In this document: positions 28,290 to 37,515 of the stretch, piece by piece
Position numbering within the stretch: position 1 is the stretch's first letter
How the letters are laid out: each line of letters opens with the position of its first letter
NCBI GenBank assembly: GCA_045636065.1
Contig: JAZTWW010000046.1
Coordinates: 1,489 to 65,488, forward strand
DNA length: 64,000 bases
DNA from: Kiritimatiellia bacterium
GTDB lineage: Bacteria; Verrucomicrobiota; Kiritimatiellia; RFP12; UBA1067
Reading direction: 5' to 3'
Program-made: the position numbers and the translations under genes
Notes under the pieces: model-generated
What the model was told of the DNA's origin: nothing
The model's input: the letters and a program-made list of their open reading frames with translations, nothing else
Database searches by the model: none

Positions 28290-28540
28290 CTGAAGTTCTC
28301 TCTCGGTTCATTGGCTACGCAGGCGATAAAGGATAAGGCCATTGGTTCAAGGGTGCGCAAGGATTTGGCAGTATCTATCACTTCTGGAAGGCCGTATGTC
28401 TTGAATGCAAAGCGCAAGTCGTCAACCGTGCCCCTTTCGAGGACACGCTGGACGACGTACTTCCTGTGCTTCGCCAAATCCAAATCATTGGGATCGGCAT
28501 CCCAAAACAGGTTCGGCGAAAATGTAGATGTGTTGGACAT
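28244..28540 (-). CDS. putative cognate antitoxin (DUF6922/AbiEi-like small protein)
   Basis: MSNTSTFSPNLFWDADPNDLDLAKHRKYVVQRVLERG... overlaps the toxin start by ~46 nt. Preceded by the conserved promoter motif. ORF-track start 28657 rejected. Confidence 0.5.
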   Translation of the reverse strand: MSNTSTFSPNLFWDADPNDLDLAKHRKYVVQRVLERGTVDDLRFAFKTYGLPEVIDTAKSLRTLEPMALSFIACVANEPRENFRCYTQKQSSPAPWIY

Positions 28541-28566
28541 GGTTATCTGATTGGTTTGCATTCTCA

Positions 28567-28578
28567 AGTCTGTGTGTA
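28567..28578 (-). promoter_or_regulatory. extended -10-like promoter motif (TATGGTATAATAC)
   Basis: Plus-strand tattataccata ~27 nt upstream of the antitoxin ATG. Confidence 0.4.
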
Positions 28579-28885
28579 TTATACCATACTTTGCGACAAG
28601 GATGCAAGTGAGCAAATGTAAATAATAAAGGGCTATTTGGATACCGTTGGGGCGCAAGAAAAAGGTAGAGGGCTATATGGATACCGGTGTGGGAAAAGAA
28701 AAATGTGCAAAAGCTCCGCTATCGTCAAGTATGCGGGATGCTTGACGTCTAGTGCCAATTGTAGGATGGTTTGGCATTGGATTTGCCCGGGAACCGTTAG
28801 GTGGTTCAAGGGGCTAATATAATACCATTTTAGGTGGGGAAGTTCAAGTAGAATTAGTAGGGTTTTTCAGAGGGAGGGGATGGGG

Positions 28886-29250
28886 GCTGACGCGATTGGT
28901 GAGGGGACTTAATTATCGCTGACTGTTTGAATTGGCGCTGACGCGCGACCACGAAAATTTGCTTGTCGGGGTATTGGCGCTGACGCGATTGGGGGATGGA
29001 CTAAATAATGGCAAAAAGTTCGATATGGCGCTGACGCGCGACCACGAAAACTGCTTAAGGCGAATCGCGCCCACGGCGCGATTGCAGCGAGCGGGTCGCT
29101 TCCCTGCTTGAAGACCGCGACTGAACTCCCCTTCACTTGGGTCGACTGTAATCTGAGCGGTCTTCGCAGGAAGCGACTCGCTCACTGCAACCCTTCGGGT
29201 TCTCGCCTTAAGCAGACACGAAAACCGCCTTCGGCGGACACGAAAAGGCT
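28886..29250 (+). repeat. repeat element copy 1 (~300 bp, orientation A) with gcgctgacgcg sub-repeats
   Basis: Near-identical inverted copy at 30160-30450 and direct copy of that at 31290-31530. Shared termini cacgaaaaggctggaaa and ggcgctgacgcgcgaccacgaaaa. Confidence 0.7.
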
Positions 29251-29812
29251 GGAAATCATTTGCTTGGAATCTGCATAGCGGTACTTCAATGCTACAAAAA
29301 GAGCATGGGATTGGAAATGTTGGGCATGGTTGACTTGGATGCTGCAAAAAGAGCATAGCGGCACAATGGAGAATATCAAAACATGCCGCCAACTTCAGAT
29401 GTAGGGGAATAACTTGCTCACATGGCGCATGGGGCACAATGGGGTTTATCGATATATGCCGCCAACTTAGGCAGGGTGAGACGTAAATTAATTGCTTGTG
29501 GGGGAGTGGGTGCTGATGCGCAGACACGAAAAGGCTGGAAAATTTTTACTTGGCATGGGACTAGTGTCACTTCAATGCTGCAAAAAGAGCATGGCGGCAC
29601 AATGGAGTATATCGGAACATGCCGGTAACTTGGGATGTAGGTCAATTACTTGCTCTGATGGCGCATGCGGCACAATGGGGGTTATCGACATATGCCGCAA
29701 GCTTGAGGAACTCGAGCGTAGAGCAGAGTCGCAGGTTAATTGCTTGCTCCAAAGGCGCATGCGGCACGAGGGGGTCTATCGACATATGCCGCAAGCTTCG
29801 GGAGCACTAAGA
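29237..29812. repeat. two tandem ~285-bp repeat units with hairpin sub-repeats
   Basis: Units begin ...acacgaaaaggctggaaa. Each contains gctgcaaaaagagcatggcggcacaatggag... and ggcgcatgcggcacaatggggg ttatcgacatatgccgc (GCGGCA/TGCCGC stem). Confidence 0.65.
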
Positions 29813-29894
29813 GAATGCTCTCTTTCACACTGCAATAATGCTTTCTGTATCACGGTGCAATAAAGCGTTTTTTTACGGTTGAATAAAGCTTTCG

Positions 29895-29990
29895 GTCTAA
29901 GGCCCATTGTTCAACTACGGCCTTTTGGCATGCACCGAAATTAACCAAAAGTCCGATTTTGCCACCGGTTATCCGAAGATGGTTCTATTA
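29895..29990 (-). pseudogene. truncated 3' fragment of a GxxExxY-family gene
   Basis: About 95 bp with ~90% identity to the 3' end (30610-30705) of the intact GxxExxY gene. No upstream coding continuation. Confidence 0.6.
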
Positions 29991-30159
29991 TTTGCTCAAT
30001 GGTGGAAATACTATATACCCTTTTGCAACATGCACGTGATTATTTGCCCATTGGAGCAAACGCCATGCTCATTTGCAGCATGCAAGTCACCCCATGCTCA
30101 AGAGTTCCAGTAACATGCTCTTTTGCAGCATAACAGGTGATTGTTCGCAAATTCTAAGC

Positions 30160-30450
30160 AAGATTTTCCAGCTTTTTCGTGTCCGCCGAAGGCGGTTTTC
30201 TATCTGCTTAAGGCGAAAACCCGAAGGGTTGCCGGCTGTCGCGGAGCTTCCTGCGAAGGCCGAGCATATGCAAGTGATGGATCCGTGAAAGAGTTGATAC
30301 TGGCCTTCAAGCAGGGAAGCGACGCGACAGGCGCAATCGCGTCGCAGACGCGATTCGCCTTAAGCAGTTTTCGTGGTCGCGCGTCAGCGCAAATGCAAAC
30401 ATAAGCAGGTTTCGTGGTGGTCGGTTGCGCGTCAGCACCAATGCGGATAG
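30160..30450 (-). repeat. repeat element copy 2 (inverted relative to copy 1)
   Basis: Reverse complement aligns with 28930-29250. Internal hairpin gaatcgcgtc-tgc-gacgcgattc carries compensatory changes relative to copy 1. Confidence 0.7.
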
Positions 30451-30606
30451 TGCGATAAATTAGGTGTCGCTTACGGCACAATAGGGTCTATCGACATATG
30501 CCGCCAACTTAGGCAGGGTGAGAGAACACCTGCTTTCACGGTGATCCAAGCACGAGACTATCTATGATGACGATATTGTGTTTCTATAAAGCATTCTGTC
30601 CAAACA

Positions 30607-30987
30607 TCATCTCGCCCATTGTTCAACTACGGCCTTTGGGTATGCACCGAAATTGACCAGAAGTCCGAGCTTGCATCCGGTAATCCGAAGATAGTTCATC
30701 AGCTGCTTCCTATGCTCCTTTACCAGTTCGGACACGGCCTTAATTTCGACTATGATCTTGTCGTAACAGAAGAAGTCCGGTATATATGTCTTGTCGATTG
30801 GCGCACCTTTGTAGAATAAGCGCAATTCCTTCTTGGCCTCAAAAGGTATGCCCCGAAAGACAAACTCCCTTTCAAGGCATTGCTGATAGACCTCCTCAGC
30901 AAATCCGTTCCCCATCTCTGTGTAAACCTCAAATATCGCACCGCGTATGAGATAGCATTCATCTGGATATGTCATATTGTTTTTCAT
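30607..30987 (-). CDS. GxxExxY-family protein (PD-(D/E)XK-like)
   Basis: 126 aa with GNGFAEEVYQ (GxxExxY) and typical length. Flanked by direct copies 2 and 3 of the repeat element. Confidence 0.7.
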   Translation of the reverse strand: MKNNMTYPDECYLIRGAIFEVYTEMGNGFAEEVYQQCLEREFVFRGIPFEAKKELRLFYKGAPIDKTYIPDFFCYDKIIVEIKAVSELVKEHRKQLMNYLRITGCKLGLLVNFGAYPKAVVEQWAR

Positions 30988-30993
30988 GACATG

Positions 30994-31005
30994 TATTATA
31001 CCAGA
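30994..31005 (-). promoter_or_regulatory. extended -10-like promoter motif (TCTGGTATAATAC)
   Basis: Plus-strand tattataccaga within ~10 nt of the GxxExxY ATG. Confidence 0.35.
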
Positions 31006-31184
31006 ATTTGACGCTTCTGCGCCAGCATTTTCGTTGCCAAAGAATCACCCCCCTCATGTCGTTAGCCCTCATACCTAATATTCCTTGAGTTGCTTCCATA
31101 ATGAGGCTCAAGATGATCCTTTGCTGCACATCAAATAAATGCAGGCATCTTGTGCTTCAAGCAAGTGTCCGCCCAATGGTGCAA

Positions 31185-31290
31185 ATACCATGCTCTTTTG
31201 CAGCATGCAAGTCACCCCATGCTCAAGAGTTCCAGTAACATGCTCATTTGCAGCATGACAGGTGATTGTTCGCAGATTGCAAGCAAGATT
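31185..31290. repeat. palindromic mini-hairpin cluster (CATGCTCnTTTGCAGCATG units)
   Basis: Three ~20-nt palindromic units. Same cluster in the same orientation at 30040-30140 and reverse-complement units (GCTGCAAAAAGAGCATG) in the opposite orientation at 29300-29600. Confidence 0.55.
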
Positions 31291-31530
31291 TTCCAGCTTT
31301 TTCGTGTCCGCCGAAGGCGGTTTTCTGTCTGCTTAAGGCGAAAACCCGAAGGGTTGCGGCTGTCGCGGAGCTTCCTGCGAAGGCCATGCACATGTAAAGT
31401 GGTGGATTAGTGAAAAGGTTGAAACTGGCCTTCAGGCAGGGAAGCGACGCGACAGGCGCAATCGCGTCGCAGACGCGATTCGCCTTAAGCAGTTTTCGTG
31501 GTCGCGCGTCAGCGCCATCTTGGATAATGC
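31290..31530 (-). repeat. repeat element copy 3 (same orientation as copy 2)
   Basis: ttccagctttttcgtgtccgccgaaggcgg...cagttttcgtggtcgcgcgtcagcgcc is nearly identical to 30160-30390. Confidence 0.7.
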
Positions 31531-31600
31531 ACAAACTAGGCGTACGAATCAAAGCGTGTTATGTTGCGCACAAAGCGGACCCTTCGGCAATCTCAAGTCT

Positions 31601-32338
31601 TCACTTCGCCTCTTTATCCCTAACCCAGACATGCGCCCCTGCGCCACCGACTTCAAACCTCTGTATGGCCCTGAGCATCTTGGAAAGCTGCGAATAGCCG
31701 TAGTTGCGGCTGTCGAAATCCGGGCGCTTCTTGCTTATCATGGATCCCAATGTAGAAAGCTGGCATTGCCCGCCCTCTCCGGAGGATTCCAATATGCATT
31801 GCGCAAGGAATTTTACGGTCTTGGGCGACAACGGCTTCTTCTGCGGTTGCGGCACCTGCGGTGAAGCAGGGACATCCACATTGGGCTTTGCCTCTATCTG
31901 AGGTTCAACAAGTATCTCCACATAAATGAATTTGTCGCATGCGGTTATGAATGGTCGGGGAGTCTTCTTCTCGCCAATGCCGTACACCTTCTTGCCTGAC
32001 TCCCGCAAGCGCAATGCCAGCGGAGTAAAGTCGCTGTCGCTTGAAACGATGACAAAGCCCTCAACCTTATCCTTATGAAGGATATCCATGGCCTCAATTA
32101 TCAATGCCGCATCAGTTGCGTTTTTCCCCTGCGTATAGGCATATTGCTGGATTGGGACTGCACCAATTTCAAGCAGCACTTCCTTCCACCCGACAAGCCG
32201 CCCCCAATCGCCATACGCGTGCTTTATCGTCGGGACGCCATACTTGGCGACTTCATCCATGATCGCCTTAAGGTTTGCCTTGGACGCATTGTCTGCATCA
32301 ATCAAAACCGCCAAACGCTGTTCACTATTCAATGACAT
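31601..32338 (-). CDS. NYN-domain protein with C-terminal OST-HTH/LOTUS-like domain
   Basis: N-terminal LAVLIDADNAS...VIVSSDSDFTPLALRLRE (NYN/LabA-like PIN fold). ATG overlaps upstream stop by 1 nt (TAATG). Confidence 0.7.
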   Translation of the reverse strand: MSLNSEQRLAVLIDADNASKANLKAIMDEVAKYGVPTIKHAYGDWGRLVGWKEVLLEIGAVPIQQYAYTQGKNATDAALIIEAMDILHKDKVEGFVIVSSDSDFTPLALRLRESGKKVYGIGEKKTPRPFITACDKFIYVEILVEPQIEAKPNVDVPASPQVPQPQKKPLSPKTVKFLAQCILESSGEGGQCQLSTLGSMISKKRPDFDSRNYGYSQLSKMLRAIQRFEVGGAGAHVWVRDKEAK

Positions 32339-34482
32339 TACTTATCTCCTGCGACGGGACAACTATCCCGCATATTTTCCTTCCAACAATTGACAATTGT
32401 CCCCTCTTCGCTCTTCCAGATCTCCAAACAATCGAAACGAATGGGGATGATCGATGGTGGGAGAGCTGATTCCGTGGGCGCTCCAATGGCATAGACTTTC
32501 TTTCCCTTTAGGGCCTCCTCGCCATATCGATTCAGAAATGAATGGACTGCACTTGCACTGGCGAAATGAACCGCATCAAAAATCGGCATTACAAGGGCTG
32601 TCCCCAAGCTAGATGGAACAGAGGCTGTCCCCGAATTGAGGTGGTAGATGGGGAGGTTGTCATATAGGACGATTTCATCGACTGAGGCGGCGCCGCAGGC
32701 GAGAAGAGCGCCTTTTACCGCTGTTGGGGCAAGGGAGCTTTTAAGCCGCAGGAAGCGCTTACCGGCGACCCTATCCATATTTCTACGAATTTCCGCATCA
32801 AATGGCGCAGTTCCGGCATTTATCGGTTGCAGCGGCTCACACCGTGCCACCCCTTCCGGCACACCGCATGACTTTTCTGACGGATAAAGGTCAGCCTTGA
32901 TACCATGCCTAAGAAGAGCTTCGGCCGTCTGAGCGCCTGTTGTCCATATTTCCGGAAGATGGCGGATATCCCCCTTCCAAGTCTCGAAAAAGCACCTTAC
33001 TGCCGCAGGGCTTGAAAGGATAAGCGCATCATACGAATGGACATCGACACCGTCTAAGGAATCTGACCTCGCCTCAAGTCGCACCATAGGCCACATTACG
33101 GCCCTGCCGCCAAAATCCTCAATCGCTGTCCTGATATGGGCTGAGACATCATTCGAGGCTGTCACGAGCACCCTAGCGCCCTTCAAAAGCCCGAGCCTTG
33201 GCCAGACGTGCCTTGTGCATGGTCCATTGAGCAACACGCCGGGCCTATCGTCTTCACGCTGGGTCCACCCTTTCACGATCTCTTCGCGCGGCCCCATTGC
33301 GTCATAGACCATTGTGCCGCCATCCATCACCTTCGTTCCCATAAAGGCGACTTCATTCTCTTCGCTGCCAGTCGAGCGCGGCGTAAACACCCTAAAGCCG
33401 CGCGCCTCGCCCCGCCTAGTAAGGAGCATGCCAGTTCCAGTGCTTGCCGCGAGAAGCGCACTCACTCCGGGCCTTACGACAAACGGTATGCCGTGCGCCT
33501 CCAAGGCATCAGTCTCCTCGGAAAGCCGCCCAAATAGGCCCGCATCGCCGCCTTTAAGCCGCACGACGCGCTTGAGCTTGCGCGCCTCGTCAAGGATGAG
33601 ACTAGTTATATCCTCCTGCCTAGCGCCCTTACCGCACCTCTTGCCAACATCAACCCACTCGGCGCGCGGCCTTAGCATGGCCTTCAAACCATGCGGAATC
33701 AGAGTGTCGGCAAGTATTATGTCAGCCTCGGCAACGTCGCGCGCGCAGCGTACTGTTATGGACTGGGCATCGCCCACGCCTGCGCTTGCGAACCTCACAG
33801 CCTTGACGAACATATCGCGCATCGAAACGAAACGCCTGTCCCCAAGCCTGAAGGCAACCGCAAGAACTCCCTGCCCTTCCGGCGGCTTGAGTTCCGCCTC
33901 TGGAATCGGGACAATATCAAATCGCGAAAGGTCGAGCCCAAGGCGGTTCAATCCGGCAAGCGCCATAATGGCGCCATCAAAGCGCCCTTCCTCTATCTGC
34001 GTAAGCCTTGCATCGACTGCGCCGCGCATGGGAAGAAGTTCAGCTTTGGGCCACCTCCTTTGTGCGTACTCCCTGCGCCTCGATGATGAAACCCCGATCC
34101 TTGCGCCATCGCGCAAAAGCCTGTCCGAAGCCCCCTTGAGCGACACTACGGCATCGCGCCTATCTTCGCGGCATGGAAGCCACATCCAGTCAAGGCCGTC
34201 CCTCGGCCTCTCCGGCATGTCTTTGGCGGAATGGATGGCGCAGTCAACCGCGCCCGAAAGAACGGCGTCATCAAGGTCGCGCGTGAAGAAATCACCTGCG
34301 GCCGACTCGATTGGAGTTAAGAGGTCACGGTCACCAGGGGTGGAAACAGGCAGAATATCCCAGTCGCTCCCAGGGCAACACCCCTTGAGAAAGGCGATCG
34401 CGCCCTCCGTCTGCCTTAGGGCAAGACGGCTTGAGCGCGTTCCAACCTTTATTGTTCCTAGCCTCTCCACAGGCGCCCCCAT
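32338..34482 (-). CDS. trifunctional HemC-CobA-HemD fusion: hydroxymethylbilane synthase / uroporphyrinogen-III C-methyltransferase / uroporphyrinogen-III synthase
   Basis: N-terminal TIKVGTRSSRLALRQTE (HemC), central tetrapyrrole-methylase region IILADTLIPHGL...LKGGDAGLFGR, and C-terminal HemD-like domain. ATG 34480-34482 overlaps upstream stop (TGATG). ORF track extends to 34524. Confidence 0.75.
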   Translation of the reverse strand: MGAPVERLGTIKVGTRSSRLALRQTEGAIAFLKGCCPGSDWDILPVSTPGDRDLLTPIESAAGDFFTRDLDDAVLSGAVDCAIHSAKDMPERPRDGLDWMWLPCREDRRDAVVSLKGASDRLLRDGARIGVSSSRRREYAQRRWPKAELLPMRGAVDARLTQIEEGRFDGAIMALAGLNRLGLDLSRFDIVPIPEAELKPPEGQGVLAVAFRLGDRRFVSMRDMFVKAVRFASAGVGDAQSITVRCARDVAEADIILADTLIPHGLKAMLRPRAEWVDVGKRCGKGARQEDITSLILDEARKLKRVVRLKGGDAGLFGRLSEETDALEAHGIPFVVRPGVSALLAASTGTGMLLTRRGEARGFRVFTPRSTGSEENEVAFMGTKVMDGGTMVYDAMGPREEIVKGWTQREDDRPGVLLNGPCTRHVWPRLGLLKGARVLVTASNDVSAHIRTAIEDFGGRAVMWPMVRLEARSDSLDGVDVHSYDALILSSPAAVRCFFETWKGDIRHLPEIWTTGAQTAEALLRHGIKADLYPSEKSCGVPEGVARCEPLQPINAGTAPFDAEIRRNMDRVAGKRFLRLKSSLAPTAVKGALLACGAASVDEIVLYDNLPIYHLNSGTASVPSSLGTALVMPIFDAVHFASASAVHSFLNRYGEEALKGKKVYAIGAPTESALPPSIIPIRFDCLEIWKSEEGTIVNCWKENMRDSCPVAGDK

Positions 34483-36617
34483 CAGAAGAGGACGCCTTTG
34501 CTCGGCTCTTCCTTGTCGTCCCACCAGGCGCCCTTTGTCGGGGATATGCGCGCAATGGCCTTGGTCGTCATCTGGAGCCCCTTTGCGGACGCCCCGCGCA
34601 CAGTCACCTGGTTCATGTCGAAGATCTGCTGGTGGATGCGCTGGTTCTTAGCGGGCTTGAACTTGACGTACAGGTTCTCGGGGCAGCCGCTCTGGAAGTA
34701 GAGGATCTTCCCCTTCTCGGGCGCAAGGCGGTACTCCTTGTTGTTTATCATGCCGCCGAACGTGAAGCGCTTGACGTACGTGAAGCCGTACATGGGCTCC
34801 TCGTACGCGCAGACGAACTCCTTGTCCCTGTCCTTCTCGGGGTTGAACACGAATACGTCAAGAAGGTCCTTGTCGACAAACTGCTTCTCTGGGGCCGGCA
34901 TCATCTTGTAGCGGCCGTCCTTCCAAACGAAGAGGAGCTTGTCGAGGCTGGAGCACTTGAACATCTCGTCGCCCGCCTTTATGCCGTAGCCGACGAAGTG
35001 GTTCTCCTTGTCGTGCCTGATGGAAAGCTCGCTTGCCGTTATGGCGCGCACGTCAACCGCCTTGAACGGCGTCTCCGACACCTTTGTGCACCTAGGATAC
35101 CTCTTCTGGTATGTCTTTATAAGGCCCTTAAGGTACTTTACGACATACGCCCTGAGGTGCGCAAGATCATCCTTTACGCTCGCCTCCTCGGCAACGATGT
35201 TCTCTATGTCCTTGCGGTTCTTGTCGATGTCGAACTGGGAGATGCGCCTGATGGGGATTTTAAGGAGTCTATCGACATCATCGTCGGTGACATCGCGTCT
35301 AAGCTCGGCCCTGAAAGGAATGAAGCCGGTCTTGACCGCCTTCTTGACGCCCTCCTCGGTCTTCTCCGTCTCGATCCTCTTGTAGATCCGCTCCTCGACG
35401 AAAATCCTGTCGAGCGTCCTTGCATGGAAGAGATCGTCAAGCTCGCCAAGCCTTATCTCAAGCTCGCGCTTTGTAAGGTCCATGAGGCGGGATGCGTTCT
35501 TCTCGAGTATCTGCGATACCGTCATCTCGCGCGGACGCCCCGCGTCCAGAACGACGGGCCTTGACGAAATGCTCTTTTCGCAGTTCGTGAAGGCGTAGAG
35601 CGCAGTGATGACCTTTTCCTGGCTCGCGCCAGTCTGCAGCTCAAGCTCTATCTCGACCTTTCCGCTTGTAAGGTCGTGAAGCTTCCTGACCTGCACCTTC
35701 TTCTTCTTGATCGCATCCTCGATCGACTCGGCGATGGAGTCGGTCGTTTCGCCCCAGGGAAGCTCCGTTATGACAAGCTTCGACTTCTCGCGCTTCTCAA
35801 TTACGGCCCTCACCTTGACCTTGCCAAGGCCATCCTGATACTCGCTCGCGTCCATTATGCCGCCGAGCTGGAAATCGGGGACGAGGCTGAACGGCTTCTT
35901 CTGGATGGCCGCGATCTCTGCCTCAAGAAGCTCGATGAAGTTGTGCGGGAGGATGCTCGTCGAAAGGCCGACGGCGATTCCGTCCGCGCCCAGCATAAGA
36001 AGAAGCGGGATCTTCGCCGGCAGCAGCACCGGCTCCTCGTTGCGCCCGTCGTAGCTCGGCGTGTAATCGGTAGTCTTCCTGTTGAAGACCTCCTTGCGCG
36101 CGAGCTCCGTAAGGCGGCACTCGATGTACCTTGACGCGGCGGCAGGCATCCCCGTATAGAGGTTGCCGAAATTTCCCTGCCCGTCGATGAGATACCCCTT
36201 CCCCTCGCCCCAGAGCTTGTTGGCGAGAACGACGAGCGCGTCGCTAATCGACGCATCGCCGTGCGGGTGGTACTGCATCGTGTGACCGACGATGTTCGCG
36301 ACCTTTGTGTACCTTCCGTCGTCCTTCTCGAAGAGAGCGTGCATTATGCGCCGCTGCACGGGCTTAAGGCCATCCTCAACTGCCGGTATGGCGCGCGAGC
36401 AGATGACATAGCCCGTATACTGGAGGAAGTTCCCGTCCATGAGGTTCCTCAGCGGCCCATCGCCGGTAAGTCCGACGGATGGCGGCGATGGAGCGGCCTC
36501 GGGGGCGGAGGACGGTTGTTCAGAAGCCGCGCCCGGCTCGGCTTCTGCCGGCGGGGCGGGTTTCTTCAAAGGCTCGAAAAGATCGCAGTCGTCAAATAGG
36601 CTTGGCGGTTCATCCAT
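34482..36617 (-). CDS. type IIA topoisomerase subunit A (GyrA/ParC family), short form
   Basis: Motifs DGLKPVQRRIMHAL and QYHPHGDASISDALV (YHPHGD). Pro/Ala-rich low-complexity N-terminus of ~50 aa. No adjacent B subunit. Confidence 0.75.
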   Translation of the reverse strand: MDEPPSLFDDCDLFEPLKKPAPPAEAEPGAASEQPSSAPEAAPSPPSVGLTGDGPLRNLMDGNFLQYTGYVICSRAIPAVEDGLKPVQRRIMHALFEKDDGRYTKVANIVGHTMQYHPHGDASISDALVVLANKLWGEGKGYLIDGQGNFGNLYTGMPAAASRYIECRLTELARKEVFNRKTTDYTPSYDGRNEEPVLLPAKIPLLLMLGADGIAVGLSTSILPHNFIELLEAEIAAIQKKPFSLVPDFQLGGIMDASEYQDGLGKVKVRAVIEKREKSKLVITELPWGETTDSIAESIEDAIKKKKVQVRKLHDLTSGKVEIELELQTGASQEKVITALYAFTNCEKSISSRPVVLDAGRPREMTVSQILEKNASRLMDLTKRELEIRLGELDDLFHARTLDRIFVEERIYKRIETEKTEEGVKKAVKTGFIPFRAELRRDVTDDDVDRLLKIPIRRISQFDIDKNRKDIENIVAEEASVKDDLAHLRAYVVKYLKGLIKTYQKRYPRCTKVSETPFKAVDVRAITASELSIRHDKENHFVGYGIKAGDEMFKCSSLDKLLFVWKDGRYKMMPAPEKQFVDKDLLDVFVFNPEKDRDKEFVCAYEEPMYGFTYVKRFTFGGMINNKEYRLAPEKGKILYFQSGCPENLYVKFKPAKNQRIHQQIFDMNQVTVRGASAKGLQMTTKAIARISPTKGAWWDDKEEPSKGVLF

Positions 36618-36646
36618 GTCTCAAATCGCATCCCAAAATCACAGTA

Positions 36647-37471
36647 TCAGAAGAAATTGCCCATGCGGCGGAACTTCGCGTACCTTGCCTCGACGAGCTC
36701 GTCCACAGGGACGGCCTTGAGCGCCCTGATGGCGGCGACGACGGCCTTCTTGACGGCCTCGGCCGCAGCCTTGACGTCGCATCCCGCGCCGCCCTCGGGC
36801 TCGGGGATGATGCCGTCGATGACGCCGAGCGAATCGAGGTCGCCGGCGGTTATCTTGAGCGCCTCGGCGGCCTCGGGGGCCTTTGTGCCGTCGCGCCAGA
36901 GGATTCCCGCGCACCCTTCGGGGGAGATGACCGAGTAGACGGCGTTCTCCATCATGAGGATCCTGTCCCCCACGGCGATCGCAAGCGCGCCGCCGGAGCC
37001 GCCCTCGCCAGTTATGACGACGACGATGGGCGTTTTGAGGAGGCTCGCGAACTCGAGGCTCTTGGCGATCGCCTCGGCCTGGCCGCGCTCCTCGGCCTCC
37101 TTGCCGGGATAGGCTCCGGGCGTGTCGACGAACGTCACCACGGGAAGATGGAACTTCTCCGCGAGCTTCATCAGGCGCATCGCCTTGCGGTAGCCGTCGG
37201 GGTTGGCCATGCCGAAGTTGGCCTCCATGTTCTCCTCGACGTTCGCACCTTTGTGGTGGCCTATGACGAGGCAGCGCTCGCCGTCGATCGTGGCGAAGCC
37301 GCCGATGAGGGCCCTGTCGTCGTTGACGAGCCTGTCGCCGTGCAGCTCCTCGAAGTCGCTTGCCATGCACTTGATGTAGTCGAAGATGTGCGGACGCTTC
37401 GCGTCGCGCGCGAGCTTCACGATCTCCATGGCCGTCAGGGGCGCGGCCTTCTTCGTTTTCTTTGCAGCCAT
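36647..37471 (-). CDS. accA: acetyl-CoA carboxylase carboxyltransferase subunit alpha
   Basis: Carboxyltransferase alpha subunit: PVVTFVDTPGAYPG and VVITGEGGSGGALA. Directly downstream of accD. Confidence 0.85.
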   Translation of the reverse strand: MAAKKTKKAAPLTAMEIVKLARDAKRPHIFDYIKCMASDFEELHGDRLVNDDRALIGGFATIDGERCLVIGHHKGANVEENMEANFGMANPDGYRKAMRLMKLAEKFHLPVVTFVDTPGAYPGKEAEERGQAEAIAKSLEFASLLKTPIVVVITGEGGSGGALAIAVGDRILMMENAVYSVISPEGCAGILWRDGTKAPEAAEALKITAGDLDSLGVIDGIIPEPEGGAGCDVKAAAEAVKKAVVAAIRALKAVPVDELVEARYAKFRRMGNFF

Positions 37472-37515
37472 TTGAAACCTTCCTTCCGCCCCGTTCGCGC
37501 GGGGCGCAGCAGATG

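Noticed and set aside
29237-30530. Possible CRISPR array, given recurring ~30-nt hairpin-containing units (ggcgcatgcggcacaatggggg ttatcgacatatgccgc)
   Set aside because: Spacing between units is irregular (about 96, 235 and 720 bp). Units are imperfect and sit inside larger tandem repeats. No cas genes or leader are present.
28913-31552. ORFs of 60-200 aa predicted inside the repeat array (28913-29527, 29492-29863, 30200-30481, 31244-31552 and others)
   Set aside because: They are built from repeat units in both orientations. They lack start contexts, and their products are low-complexity. The region is better explained as non-coding repeats.
480-31560. Integrase, transposase or tRNA attachment site marking the island as an integrative element
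   Set aside because: No recombinase-like ORF or flanking tRNA was found within the island. The only tRNA (Asp, 57614-57688) is 26 kb away.
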